A stretch of 64,000 nucleotides of DNA. Source: a virus. Its lineage: Duplodnaviria; Caudoviricetes. A program made the position numbers and the translations under genes. The notes below the pieces were generated by a model, which saw nothing but the letters and a program-made list of their open reading frames with translations, searched no databases and was not told where the DNA came from. Location: IMG/VR virus record IMGVR_UViG_3300035208_002115; one strand, written 5' to 3'. Numbering within the stretch: the first letter of the stretch is position 1; every line of letters begins with the position of its first letter. Shown piece by piece: positions 19,173 to 29,415 of this stretch.

Positions 19173-20542
19173 ATATGAAAATGGTCGATATCATAGAAGA
19201 AGATGTAACTGCTGTTATAAAAAAATTCACAACCAGAGATGGTTCTGTATTTATATCAGAAGGTCATCAAGATTGGCAGATAAAAAAGGCTAAAGAAGCT
19301 GCTGAATTTCGTAATCTCGAATATGATTTCTTACATTTCAAAGTAGATGAAAATCTCTTAAAAACTTATAAAAGTGAAAATTGGCTACATTTTAAATGGT
19401 TTATCTACCAACGTGGCTTGATATGTAATAAGATTAATAGACAATTTGGTGATGATATTTACGAGCCATACCGTAATATCAAAGAATTTAATAATATAAC
19501 AGAACAAGAATTTCGTTTTTTTGTGAAAAAAATGTTATTTAAGAAAACATCACAAAATGTTGTAGTTATAAAACCAAGCTTTCTGAAAGATAAAACATTT
19601 TTTGACCTTATATTTTTCTCTGGTCTTATAGATTTTAATGATAATAAAGGTATCATTAAAATGTATATGTTAAATGACGGTGTGAAAGAAGAAAATTTTG
19701 ATGATGTTTATCCAGAGGTTGAAAAATATTATCTCGATAGAATGAACGATGCTATATTTGGGGTTGTAGCATTAACTGAAAATACTAATTATTTAGAAGA
19801 AGTTATTAAAGCTGGTATACTAAAACCAACATTAGAACATTTGTCTCGTATTGGATACTATCGTTTTAATGGAAAAAATAAAATATTAAAGGGTACAAAA
19901 TTAAACGTAGTAAAATATGATATAACATATAAATTTGAATTTCCCTCTGATGATAAATCAGAAGAATATTTCAAAAAATATATGAGTTTATGTCCAAACA
20001 CACAAAAAGAAATTTTATATAAAATATTATTTAATCACAATTATTATTTATTCATTCAGTCTAATTATGGAATGTTGTGTATGTATTATCAGTACTTTCA
20101 TAATATGACTGAATTAGAGTCATTTAAAAAAGCTGAAGAAATTCATTCAGCATTTCTACTAATTGCACATAATAAAAATTATTCTTGCTTACAACCTTAT
20201 GCTAAATTCGATGAAGATTTATATGATATTATAATTAATGTTCCATTTTTTACGATGGACGCTTATAGCTATAATAAAACATTTATTCCAATCGCTTATA
20301 GATATTTAATTGATAATTTTCCAGATAGAAAAGCAGAAATAGACATTTATGCTGTCTGGTCTTCTGAGGGTAGTTTTATTCCAGAAATTTATAAATCAAA
20401 TAAAACGTTTGTAGATATTAAGTTTTATATTAAATTGGAAAAATTAGTAATAGATAAATCCAAAACAAAATATAATATTAGATATACTTTCAGTGAATTT
20501 AAGAAAAAAATATCTAACATGGCTATTGATTTTGTAATTTAA
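19169..20542 (+). CDS. hypothetical protein (~457 aa)
   Basis: Long ORF; ATGA overlap at 19169. Confidence 0.75.
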   Translation: MNMKMVDIIEEDVTAVIKKFTTRDGSVFISEGHQDWQIKKAKEAAEFRNLEYDFLHFKVDENLLKTYKSENWLHFKWFIYQRGLICNKINRQFGDDIYEPYRNIKEFNNITEQEFRFFVKKMLFKKTSQNVVVIKPSFLKDKTFFDLIFFSGLIDFNDNKGIIKMYMLNDGVKEENFDDVYPEVEKYYLDRMNDAIFGVVALTENTNYLEEVIKAGILKPTLEHLSRIGYYRFNGKNKILKGTKLNVVKYDITYKFEFPSDDKSEEYFKKYMSLCPNTQKEILYKILFNHNYYLFIQSNYGMLCMYYQYFHNMTELESFKKAEEIHSAFLLIAHNKNYSCLQPYAKFDEDLYDIIINVPFFTMDAYSYNKTFIPIAYRYLIDNFPDRKAEIDIYAVWSSEGSFIPEIYKSNKTFVDIKFYIKLEKLVIDKSKTKYNIRYTFSEFKKKISNMAIDFVI

Positions 20543-20548
20543 CTAAAA

Positions 20549-20914
20549 ATGAACGAAATAGATTTTTTAACACATTATCTAAAGACCACTGATTTAACAA
20601 TTATTGAATTGGTAGATAGAAATGCACTTAGCGCAATTTGTCAGGCTATGAGAGCATATAAGATGGAAGACGCTCCAGAAGAAATGTTAACTGTAACTGA
20701 AAAATTGAAACGTTTGCATAAGAAAGCTAACGATATATACAATCATACTTTTTTAACATGGGAAGAAAAATATGGTCAGATTTTTTCGGAAGATGTTTCT
20801 AAAAAAGTGTTTGAACTCATACATCTGGATTATTATGACCCAGACACTGATTACGATGAAGATGTTAAAGCTTTTATGGATGCCTTTAACGAACGAATGA
20901 AAGAAATAATATGA
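20549..20914 (+). CDS. hypothetical protein
   Basis: Packed ORF; DYYDPDTDYDEDV motif. Confidence 0.7.
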   Translation: MNEIDFLTHYLKTTDLTIIELVDRNALSAICQAMRAYKMEDAPEEMLTVTEKLKRLHKKANDIYNHTFLTWEEKYGQIFSEDVSKKVFELIHLDYYDPDTDYDEDVKAFMDAFNERMKEII

Positions 20915-20926
20915 AAAACAAATAGT

Positions 20927-21184
20927 ATGAAAAAAATAAAAACATTTTTAATTTTATTATCAATTGTTTTATTATCATCTTGTGTAATACATGATAATAT
21001 ACAAGACTCTGATTATCAGTATGTCATAACATTAAAGTCTGGTGAGAAAATAAAAGTATGGACTACTAATGTGTGTGATGCTGGATTGGTAGTTTATGAA
21101 ACCCACACATCGAATTATTACATATTATCAACGGACGCTTTTATAAAATGTGAATATGTTGGATTAAAACATAGAAATGAATAA
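20927..21184 (+). CDS. putative lipoprotein
   Basis: Signal peptide ending LSSC. Confidence 0.6.
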   Translation: MKKIKTFLILLSIVLLSSCVIHDNIQDSDYQYVITLKSGEKIKVWTTNVCDAGLVVYETHTSNYYILSTDAFIKCEYVGLKHRNE

Positions 21185-21358
21185 TATGCTAAACCTACTG
21201 ATAAAAACAGGGAGTGCTATTTTAATAGGAATTATTTGGTTATTGGTAATTCCAAATTTTGTTTTAATTTTCCCGTTTACTGGAAGATTTTTACATGAGT
21301 ATGATTTTACTGATTTTCCATATGAGTGGTACTGTAACACAAAAAATAAAATATTATA

Positions 21359-21697
21359 ATGGAACACGAAAATTTTGATGTTGTAAAAAAGACCGAGGAA
21401 CTATATGAACACCTTGGTGATGATTTAAGTCTTGAAAAATTAATTTCATACAAACTGGATATTAACATAATATCCAACGAGTGTAAGAAACATACTATAT
21501 TTATTGATTCTAAAGATAAATATGATAAATTTGTAACTGAATTAGAAGATGAAGTAACGGATAACAATAAAAAATTGATAGCAGCTTGGAATCATATGGA
21601 TAATAGACTATCGGAATCCCCAACCAGTCTTCATTTTATGGGGTCTGTAATATTGACAATACCAGTTATTGATTACGTTCTTCAAAAATATTTTTAA
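21359..21697 (+). CDS. hypothetical protein
   Basis: Packed ORF. Confidence 0.65.
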   Translation: MEHENFDVVKKTEELYEHLGDDLSLEKLISYKLDINIISNECKKHTIFIDSKDKYDKFVTELEDEVTDNNKKLIAAWNHMDNRLSESPTSLHFMGSVILTIPVIDYVLQKYF

Positions 21698-21698
21698 T

Positions 21699-21881
21699 AT
21701 GTACGCAGATTTAGCTGGTGCTTTAGAAAAAATAAATAAAAGTTACAAGGTTTTCGAACATAGAGGTAAGTCTTTGTCCAAAGACCAAGTAAGAAAAATC
21801 CTTAAATATGGTCTCTCAAAAGGATATAAAACAACTAACGATTTCACTGATGAAGAAGTTGATGAAATCTTAAATAATTAA
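21699..21881 (+). CDS. hypothetical protein
   Basis: Start moved to ATG at 21699. Confidence 0.6.
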   Translation: MYADLAGALEKINKSYKVFEHRGKSLSKDQVRKILKYGLSKGYKTTNDFTDEEVDEILNN

Positions 21882-22035
21882 TTTACATGATTGTAAAAGT
21901 AGTTGACCCAACAAGCCTATTAGACGGTGGTGAATATGAAGTTATTGAAGAATTTGATAATGGTTATTTCATCCGTTGTCACAGTGAAAATTGTAGAGAA
22001 TTTGTTTTAAAAGAACATACAATTATACAATAATT

Positions 22036-22236
22036 ATGGGATTATATACAATAGAAGAAGAACAAAGACGTAAAGATTATATACCTATAATCAGAAAAAG
22101 AATACTTGAACGCATTGAGGATTTAAAATCCAAAATAGAAAATAATGAGAATTTTCCTCATGGTGAACAAGATATAGACGCTTTAATGCAAATTGATGAT
22201 AACATAGAAGCATGTCTAAACAACTGGTATTATTGA
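22036..22236 (+). CDS. hypothetical protein
   Basis: Packed ORF. Confidence 0.6.
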   Translation: MGLYTIEEEQRRKDYIPIIRKRILERIEDLKSKIENNENFPHGEQDIDALMQIDDNIEACLNNWYY

Positions 22237-22266
22237 AATTATTAAAAACTTTAAAACTTTAAATAT

Positions 22267-22485
22267 ATGACAACAGCATTAATAATTTTAGGAGTTATTG
22301 TTTATCTTTTTATTGGTAGAGTGATAATATATCTATGTGCAATAAATTATACCTTCGGTATTGATGCAAACGATGTAGAATATCTTTTATGGATATTTTC
22401 AATATTATTTCCATTGGTTATTTTTTGGGGATTACTTACATTAGCAGCCGATACTCTTGCAGTAAAAATTAATAAAATAATATAA
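22267..22485 (+). CDS. small membrane protein
   Basis: Two hydrophobic helices. Confidence 0.6.
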   Translation: MTTALIILGVIVYLFIGRVIIYLCAINYTFGIDANDVEYLLWIFSILFPLVIFWGLLTLAADTLAVKINKII

Positions 22486-22497
22486 TCAATATATAAT

Positions 22498-22728
22498 ATG
22501 GAAAAAGATTTTTATAAAGTCGAAATTAAAATCAATAAATCAATGGATTCTGAAAAGGCCAGAGATGCTTTACAAAGAGCAGTTTATGATGCTACGGTTG
22601 TTTTTTATGAAACTATTGGTGAAGGTGGAAGGTTAACAGACGGAAAAAGACTCATTGGTAATGGTCATCATATGGCTCAAAATATGGCTGAACAAGCTTG
22701 TAAATTGTGGGATGAACGTTTAAAATAA
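22498..22728 (+). CDS. hypothetical protein
   Basis: Packed ORF. Confidence 0.65.
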   Translation: MEKDFYKVEIKINKSMDSEKARDALQRAVYDATVVFYETIGEGGRLTDGKRLIGNGHHMAQNMAEQACKLWDERLK

Positions 22729-22735
22729 TAATATT

Positions 22736-22948
22736 ATGTCACACACAACTAAATGTAAAAATAACACGGTATTTATCCACAATTCGGATATGTCTGGAGA
22801 TGTTACTATTGTAACTGGAAAAGGGGAACTTGATGTGAATGGTCATGATATTATCGAGTTTGTCCTACAACGTCTCCCTGAGAATAAAATTGAAGATTTC
22901 AAAAATAAGATGGTTGATGAAATGATGAGTTGGTTTTCAAAGGATTGA
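22736..22948 (+). CDS. hypothetical protein
   Basis: Packed ORF. Confidence 0.6.
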   Translation: MSHTTKCKNNTVFIHNSDMSGDVTIVTGKGELDVNGHDIIEFVLQRLPENKIEDFKNKMVDEMMSWFSKD

Positions 22949-23094
22949 TATGGAAGAATTAATGATTGGACTTGTTCTATTAGTAATCGCATTATTTATA
23001 TTTGCTAAAGTTAAAGATTGTGGTAGTAACCCAGAATATGAAGCTTGGGTCACACAAGATAAGGCCAAATATCCTGAATTTTATACTGATTAAC

Positions 23095-23322
23095 ATGAAC
23101 GAAACTTTAAAATCCGCAGCAAAAGAAATCTTAAAGGGTTTATTAGCTGAATGTACCGAAGGTCAACAGATGATGTTTAAAAGGATGTATTCCCATAATA
23201 ATTTGGAACTTCCTATAAATGAAGTTGTTGATAAATTACCTGATAGTAAAATAGACTGGGCAATTTCCCAGTGTGAAAACACAGTCAACAAAAATAAAAT
23301 TAAAAACAATGAAAGTCTTTAA
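23095..23322 (+). CDS. hypothetical protein
   Basis: Start moved to ATG at 23095 (MNETLK). Confidence 0.65.
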   Translation: MNETLKSAAKEILKGLLAECTEGQQMMFKRMYSHNNLELPINEVVDKLPDSKIDWAISQCENTVNKNKIKNNESL

Positions 23323-23560
23323 TTTTTTTAAATCTATATACACAAATTTTAAAAAGAATCGTGAGACCAAAAAAACAAGGCCACCAAAGCACCGTCATAA
23401 AAAAGAATGGAAACGGGTTGAATATTTGGTTGGAACTAACCATTATATCGATGGAAAAGAAATTCAGAAAAAGGTATATCGGTATGATATAGTTTGTACC
23501 GAGTGTCACAAGACTATTGACATTGGAGATGTGTATGATTTGGAATCTTGGATGAGATAA
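23309..23560 (+). CDS. hypothetical protein
   Basis: Start moved to ATG at 23309; CTEC motif. Confidence 0.6.
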   Translation: MKVFNFFKSIYTNFKKNRETKKTRPPKHRHKKEWKRVEYLVGTNHYIDGKEIQKKVYRYDIVCTECHKTIDIGDVYDLESWMR

Positions 23561-23562
23561 AT

Positions 23563-23943
23563 ATGAAATGGGTAAAGGCGACTGAACGTTTACCACTATT
23601 AGGTGGTATAGAAAATAAAGTTATTATTCGAGGTAAAGATTTTGTAACCTACGGGTTTAAAAATTTTAACAGAGAAAACCCTCAAATGTATTTTGTTCTT
23701 CGTAACGAATCATTTTTAACAAATGATGTTGAATGGTTGGATGAATCAGAACATTTGTTCGAGAATGAAAAAATAGTAGGGAAATATTTTATAATAGAAA
23801 ATATTTCATTTAATGATTATATGAAAGATGAACATGGTAAAATAAAATTATACGATACGTTAGAAGAAGCTGCTGAAGTATGTGGTATTTATGAATTTCC
23901 AAATGTATTGGTTTGTAAAATAAAATATAATCATGTAGAATAA
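23563..23943 (+). CDS. hypothetical protein (DUF551-like start)
   Basis: MKWVKATERLP start. Confidence 0.6.
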   Translation: MKWVKATERLPLLGGIENKVIIRGKDFVTYGFKNFNRENPQMYFVLRNESFLTNDVEWLDESEHLFENEKIVGKYFIIENISFNDYMKDEHGKIKLYDTLEEAAEVCGIYEFPNVLVCKIKYNHVE

Positions 23944-24221
23944 TGGAAAAAATAACAAAAGAACAAATACGAAAAATACTCTGGAATACAGCTCATAAAA
24001 ATGTTTCTGAAAAAAGATTAAAAAAAGAAACAATTTTTGATGGCGAAGCGGAAGCTATTTTCAGTTTTATTAGAGGTTTACACACTAATGACCTTATTCA
24101 ACCAATAATAGAACACCATAAAAAAAGAGAAGGAATACAATTGAATGAGCCTATAACTCAAAGAGAAGCTAATCTTATTGTTTTATGTCTGGAACAGTTT
24201 GATACAATGCTTGGGAAATAA
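23943..24221 (+). CDS. hypothetical protein
   Basis: Packed ORF. Confidence 0.6.
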   Translation: MEKITKEQIRKILWNTAHKNVSEKRLKKETIFDGEAEAIFSFIRGLHTNDLIQPIIEHHKKREGIQLNEPITQREANLIVLCLEQFDTMLGK

Positions 24222-24222
24222 T

Positions 24223-24438
24223 ATGAGTATAATTATTAAAGAAATAAATATGGAATTTTGTTGCGAACAAATGAGAATTAACGTGGAACATAAATGTAAA
24301 ACACATAAAAACCCGTTTGACTGTCCAGATAACCTTATCTATTATTCACCAAATAAAGTATATGGTTTAATTGTACATGATGGTAGCTCATCATATGTTA
24401 TTATTGATTATTGTCCATTTTGTGGTAAAAAATTATAA
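24223..24438 (+). CDS. small Cys-rich zinc-binding protein
   Basis: CCEQM...CPD...YCPFCGKKL. Confidence 0.65.
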   Translation: MSIIIKEINMEFCCEQMRINVEHKCKTHKNPFDCPDNLIYYSPNKVYGLIVHDGSSSYVIIDYCPFCGKKL

Positions 24439-24440
24439 TT

Positions 24441-25010
24441 ATGAATCTTAGAAAATATTTTAACAAACCGAATGCTAATCAAAAGGCGATAATAGCCAAA
24501 CAATTAGATGAAATATTTCAAATGGCTGAAAAAGATAAAGACAGCCACAATCATAAAGAATATAATTCCCAACATATTTCAGATTCAACTTGTCCAAGAT
24601 GTAAAGGCACTCAGGTTGTTGATAGAATAGCCCAAGTAATTGGTAAAGGTAGTGTTAGCGGTTCGTTTTCTTTGGGGTATGGCAGTGTTTATGGTAGTTC
24701 TAAAATAGACACAAATGAAATTAATCATTGTTCAATTTGTGGACATGAATGGAAAAAATATAAAAATAATTATAAATGGGCATCTGATATTATTACAGAT
24801 TATTTAAATAACTTAAAATCACATTTCGAAGGAAAATATGATTTTTATGAGCATATATACAATAAATTAAAACCGTATTATGCAGAAACTATTTACAAAC
24901 TCCTATTGGAAAAAGGTGGCGATTGTTATTTCACAACACAACGAGAATTAACATTGGAGTTATTAAGAAATAAATTCGATTCAGTATTTGATGAAAAATC
25001 TAATAAATGA
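24441..25010 (+). CDS. zinc-ribbon protein
   Basis: CPRC...CSICGHEW. Confidence 0.7.
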   Translation: MNLRKYFNKPNANQKAIIAKQLDEIFQMAEKDKDSHNHKEYNSQHISDSTCPRCKGTQVVDRIAQVIGKGSVSGSFSLGYGSVYGSSKIDTNEINHCSICGHEWKKYKNNYKWASDIITDYLNNLKSHFEGKYDFYEHIYNKLKPYYAETIYKLLLEKGGDCYFTTQRELTLELLRNKFDSVFDEKSNK

Positions 25011-25342
25011 GACCATTTATAGAATTGCATATAGAAAGACCAACCAACGATAGTTTGTTTTTTAACGAACCGTCTGATACCAATTTAATAAATGTTTTGA
25101 AAACTGTTTGTTTTGACCTGAACACTTACATAGGGGATTTATCAATGCAAAGAGAAAGAGTTCTCGCATTAAATTACGCTATAAAAACCACATTAAAACA
25201 TTATTGTTATAACAATCCAAATTATACTATAAATAGTTTTAAATATTTTATTCGAATTGTGGATACAAGCATGTCCAATTTTAATATCCAAGTCCAGTTA
25301 TTGTTAAATAACAAACTAACTACATTCACTTTAATAAAGTGA
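25007..25342 (+). CDS. hypothetical protein
   Basis: ATGA overlap. Confidence 0.6.
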   Translation: MRPFIELHIERPTNDSLFFNEPSDTNLINVLKTVCFDLNTYIGDLSMQRERVLALNYAIKTTLKHYCYNNPNYTINSFKYFIRIVDTSMSNFNIQVQLLLNNKLTTFTLIK

Positions 25343-25393
25343 AATTTCAAATATGATTTTTTATTTTTAATATATAAAAAGAAAAAATCATCC

Positions 25394-26146
25394 ATGAAAA
25401 TCAATAAAAGTTATTCTGAGTTTGTCGAAGGTTTGAATGGTAGAAGCCTTTTTGAAAGTATGACAGAAGAAGAATATAAAAAATTCGGAACTATAAAATA
25501 TGTTAAAAAAGATGCCGATGGTCTTGGTATGTTTAGAGACATAGCTAAAAAGGTAAAAAATCCAGAAGAATTTATTTCTAAATCCAGAGAAATAAAAGAT
25601 GTTCCAACCAAAATTGCCAACCTGTTTTCTAAAAAATATGGTAAAAACAATACATTAAACATGGAACAAACAGCTCAAAACTTTTTAGATGCTGTTAAAA
25701 CCGAAACGGTTAAAGAATCAATAAATGAATCTAATAAAAAGTCTGATAAAAAAGGATACCACGTCAATATAGAAAAAGCCACTATCGATAATGAAGATTT
25801 TAGAAAAGTCTTATACACAGGCGAGCATACACAACTTGTACTGATGTCTTTAAAACCAGACGAAGAAATAGGTTTTGAAACGCACCCAGATATTGACCAA
25901 TTTTTTAGAGTTGACGCTGGTAATGGAAAAGCAATTATCAATGGTAATGAATACACTTTAAAAAATGGTGACTGTGTTATTGTCCCTTCTGGTTCTAAAC
26001 ATAATATCATAAATACTGGTAAAGAACCATTAAAACTTTACACTCTTTATTCTCCACCTCATCACAAAGATGGAATCATATTTAAAACTAAAAAAGATGC
26101 CGAATCGAGTAAAGAAAAATTTGATGGAAAACCAACCGAAGAATAA
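25394..26146 (+). CDS. cupin domain protein with capsid-targeting-like N-terminus
   Basis: FRKVLYTG...EIG.E.H..DQFF...VP.G.KHNIINTG cupin motifs; starts MKINKSYSEFVE; TAATATATA at 25368-25376. Confidence 0.8.
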   Translation: MKINKSYSEFVEGLNGRSLFESMTEEEYKKFGTIKYVKKDADGLGMFRDIAKKVKNPEEFISKSREIKDVPTKIANLFSKKYGKNNTLNMEQTAQNFLDAVKTETVKESINESNKKSDKKGYHVNIEKATIDNEDFRKVLYTGEHTQLVLMSLKPDEEIGFETHPDIDQFFRVDAGNGKAIINGNEYTLKNGDCVIVPSGSKHNIINTGKEPLKLYTLYSPPHHKDGIIFKTKKDAESSKEKFDGKPTEE

Positions 26147-26160
26147 AATATAAATATTTT

Positions 26161-26515
26161 TAAAACAAAAGGTTTCTTGATGTATATAATTCAAGAAACC
26201 TTTTTTAATAACTATGATTTTGTTTTTTATAAAACAATTTATACAAATTGTTATGTTTGTAATCATGATTGAAATTCTGTGCTGGATTATATGGCACGTA
26301 TTAAATTCTGATTCTTCATTTGAAATTATCACCATAAAGGAAATTAAAAAAACATTATATTATCTATTCTTTAAATATTTTCCTATATTATTTTTCATCA
26401 ACTTGATATTATATTTACATTTTGGTGAATCATTTTTGAAATAATCTAAAAATTTAAAATTCTCAATATTTTTAAAACAAAAGGTTTCTTGAAGTATATA
26501 AACAAAGAAACTTTT
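26161..26515 (+). repeat. duplicated palindromic promoter element
   Basis: TAAAACAAAAGGTTTCTTGA..TATATAA..AAGAAAC.TTTT at 26161 and 26473. Confidence 0.65.
26214..26444 (+). CDS. small membrane protein
   Basis: Two hydrophobic helices; lies between the duplicated elements. Confidence 0.55.
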   Translation: MILFFIKQFIQIVMFVIMIEILCWIIWHVLNSDSSFEIITIKEIKKTLYYLFFKYFPILFFINLILYLHFGESFLK

Positions 26516-26521
26516 TGTTTT

Positions 26522-27415
26522 ATGAAGTACATAGATAAAATTGCATCAAAAACTGATAATGCATTAAAATATATCTTTAAAACCGAAGATAATAAAATTA
26601 TTGAGTTTACCTATATAAACAAAGACGATGGTAAAGATATTATTTGCACTCCATCACAGACAATGTGTAACCTCGGATGTAAATTTTGCCACACTACTGA
26701 ATATATTGGTAAAATAAAGTGTCGAAACTTAAATACGTTCGAATTATACCACCCACTGGAATATATTGTTAAAGATTTAAATCTTTCTGAAAATCAAAGA
26801 ACATTATTAATATCTGTAATGGGTTGCGGTGAGCCAGTTTTCAATGTTGACCATATTATAGAAATGATGGTTGACTTTAAAAAAACTGCTGAAAGTGACT
26901 GGAATATTCCTTTTGTTAGGTATGCAATCGCAACCAGTATACCCAAAAGTAAATGGGAAGAATTCTTCCATTTAACATCTAAAATAAAAGAACATAATTT
27001 ACCTGTTAAATTACATTTATCACTACACTATACTTTTGATTTGATTCGAAAAGAGTGGATGCCAGCATCTCTGGATATCATACCTTCTATTTCAGCCGTT
27101 GATTTTTATAAAAAAATAACTGGTAACGCAGTTGAAATACATTACACTTTAATCGAAGGTGTGAATGATACTGAACAGGACGCTATTCTTTTGAGTTCAT
27201 TCTTGAAAGGTAAAGACATTAATGTGAAGTTTTTACATTATAATGAAAAAGAATCAATGAATTATCATGCGTCAAATAAAGATAAATTAAAAATATTCAG
27301 AAAACATTTGGATGTGAATAATATATCACATGAATATTATACACCACCCGCAAGTGATATCGGTTCGAGCTGTGGTGCGTTTTTATTAGAAACATATTTG
27401 AAATATCAAGATTAA
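26522..27415 (+). CDS. RlmN/Cfr-like radical SAM RNA methyltransferase
   Basis: CNLGCKFC, MGCGEP, LSLH, YTLIEGVND and C-terminal DIGSSCG; start moved to ATG at 26522. Confidence 0.75.
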   Translation: MKYIDKIASKTDNALKYIFKTEDNKIIEFTYINKDDGKDIICTPSQTMCNLGCKFCHTTEYIGKIKCRNLNTFELYHPLEYIVKDLNLSENQRTLLISVMGCGEPVFNVDHIIEMMVDFKKTAESDWNIPFVRYAIATSIPKSKWEEFFHLTSKIKEHNLPVKLHLSLHYTFDLIRKEWMPASLDIIPSISAVDFYKKITGNAVEIHYTLIEGVNDTEQDAILLSSFLKGKDINVKFLHYNEKESMNYHASNKDKLKIFRKHLDVNNISHEYYTPPASDIGSSCGAFLLETYLKYQD

Positions 27416-27434
27416 AAAATAAAAATATAAAATT

Positions 27435-27782
27435 ATGGAATTCGTAGAACACATTGGTGATAGAATGAAAGCTGGTGAGATTGCTGAAAGTTGTCTAACA
27501 ATTACAGACGATGATATACCAACTTATATTAACGCAGCATTTAATACATTTATTAAAGAATATGAAATATCATTTTCTAAATTAGCAGATAGGTTTAGAG
27601 CATATTGGTTATTGACTCATATTAAAAAAGAAGCTTCATCATTTGATTCAAATTCTAAAATGTTGATGTTGAATGATAGAAACATTCAGAAAGTGAAAAT
27701 AATTCAAGAATATATCGAATATGTTATTTTGAAATATCAGAAGACTGGACTTATATTAGATGAGGAAACACAACACATATAA
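27435..27782 (+). CDS. hypothetical protein
   Basis: Packed ORF. Confidence 0.65.
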   Translation: MEFVEHIGDRMKAGEIAESCLTITDDDIPTYINAAFNTFIKEYEISFSKLADRFRAYWLLTHIKKEASSFDSNSKMLMLNDRNIQKVKIIQEYIEYVILKYQKTGLILDEETQHI

Positions 27783-27792
27783 GTTCATAATT

Positions 27793-28149
27793 ATGGAATT
27801 ATATCGTTCAAATTACTATAAAGATGAAGTATCTGAAGCCGACTTAAATATAATTGTTAATAAAATTGAAGAATTATTTTCCGAGTTGAAAAATAGAATT
27901 TTGAATGCTGATGAATTGAAAAATATAATAGAATCTGATAAGTATTCTTTTACTTACACAATTTCATCCAGATTCATTTTAAATATTTTCTTTTATAACA
28001 ATTATAAAATAGATAAAACCATCAGGTATACCATTGAGGTGTGGGCTAAAGATTATAAGAAACTAACGTATTTTGGGGGTTCATCAGAAACGATAAATAT
28101 ACCGTACCAGTTAAGAAAGAAAAAAATTGAAGAAATATTTTTAGATTAA
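27793..28149 (+). CDS. hypothetical protein with C-terminal RxxKIxxI tag
   Basis: Ends LRKKKIEEIFLD; start moved to 27793. Confidence 0.65.
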   Translation: MELYRSNYYKDEVSEADLNIIVNKIEELFSELKNRILNADELKNIIESDKYSFTYTISSRFILNIFFYNNYKIDKTIRYTIEVWAKDYKKLTYFGGSSETINIPYQLRKKKIEEIFLD

Positions 28150-28348
28150 ATGGGAAAGACACGATTAAAATTTTTAAGAAAATTTGGTTGGAAAGGCACT
28201 GAAAAAGAGTGGGATGAGATAATAACACTCGAATATGTATTGACTTGGGGGTATGAAAATGAAGGTGATGAAGAAAGATATAAATTTCTTCGATTAAGAG
28301 GCGATGGTGTATTATAAAAATAATAAATTTGAATAAAAATTATTTTAT

Positions 28349-28672
28349 ATGGATACAAATTATATTTTAAACGGTGGAAAATCATTTCCAGTGTTGGTTT
28401 TTTGTGAAGAAAACAATATAAAATGTACTTGGGACTTCTCTAAATCTGACGGAGCAGAATGGACTGAAATTTTTATTGATGACACATTGGTTATGCAATT
28501 TCAAAGTACAACCACAGTTAAACAATTCATAGAAGCTATTCAACGAACTGAAAAGGATTTTAATGATAAATGTAGTGATACAGAAGGTGATGATTTCTGG
28601 TTTGTTATTGATAAGAAAAAATATTTTGATGCATTTATTAAAAAACATGGACATCTATTTAAATCATTATGA
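28349..28672 (+). CDS. hypothetical protein
   Basis: Packed ORF. Confidence 0.65.
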   Translation: MDTNYILNGGKSFPVLVFCEENNIKCTWDFSKSDGAEWTEIFIDDTLVMQFQSTTTVKQFIEAIQRTEKDFNDKCSDTEGDDFWFVIDKKKYFDAFIKKHGHLFKSL

Positions 28673-28878
28673 GTACAAGAACAACACACCGATGTGAAGA
28701 ACTTTCAGGTCTTGGGTTAATATTCTCTTTTAAAGAGAATGCATACATTGGGAAGGATGATAATTCAAAAGATTTCTATATTCCCTCTATCGATATACAA
28801 TTCATCGAGGATGACGCTTGGAATGTCCTTATTGAAAAATTAAAAACTGAAATTAGTAATAGACATGAGTCGTTTTAA
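28669..28878 (+). CDS. hypothetical protein
   Basis: ATGA overlap. Confidence 0.6.
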   Translation: MSTRTTHRCEELSGLGLIFSFKENAYIGKDDNSKDFYIPSIDIQFIEDDAWNVLIEKLKTEISNRHESF

Positions 28879-29182
28879 TACATCACTTATTATATTTGGA
28901 GCTGTCGAAATAATGAAAACTTCTTTCGGTGGAACTGATGTTAAAATAATAAGTCAAGAAATGTATCGGAATCAATCTGATAATACAACACTAATTGGTA
29001 TACTTGGAGTTGATATCGAAATAGAAGGATATAAAGTGTTTTTATCATATTCTATCGCTGAAGATATGTGTTTATACGGACAACATGTAGCAGATAATTT
29101 TGTGTTTAATATACTTAAAGGTGATTATAAAAGAAAAATTAGGAAAGAAAAAATAAAGGAAATTCACCCAGATATAAAATGA
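28865..29182 (+). CDS. hypothetical protein with C-terminal RxxKIxxI tag
   Basis: Ends IRKEKIKEIHPDIK. Confidence 0.65.
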   Translation: MSRFNTSLIIFGAVEIMKTSFGGTDVKIISQEMYRNQSDNTTLIGILGVDIEIEGYKVFLSYSIAEDMCLYGQHVADNFVFNILKGDYKRKIRKEKIKEIHPDIK

Positions 29183-29192
29183 AAAATATTTT

Positions 29193-29414
29193 ATGAAAAA
29201 TAAAAATATAAAAGATGTCGCAATGGATTGGTGGAATAGTTTACCAATCCAAAATTTAGTAGACATGGATGATAGTTGGGTTGGATATGTTCATAAGTAT
29301 TTACCAAACAGAGGTGGTATTTATGCATTATCTGATGCCGAGATTTTATATATCTGGAAAAAAGAACATAGTACATCTTTTGTAGAAATAATGATTAAAA
29401 AAATCTTTTGTTAA
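29193..29414 (+). CDS. hypothetical protein
   Basis: Packed ORF. Confidence 0.6.
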   Translation: MKNKNIKDVAMDWWNSLPIQNLVDMDDSWVGYVHKYLPNRGGIYALSDAEILYIWKKEHSTSFVEIMIKKIFC

Positions 29415-29415
29415 T

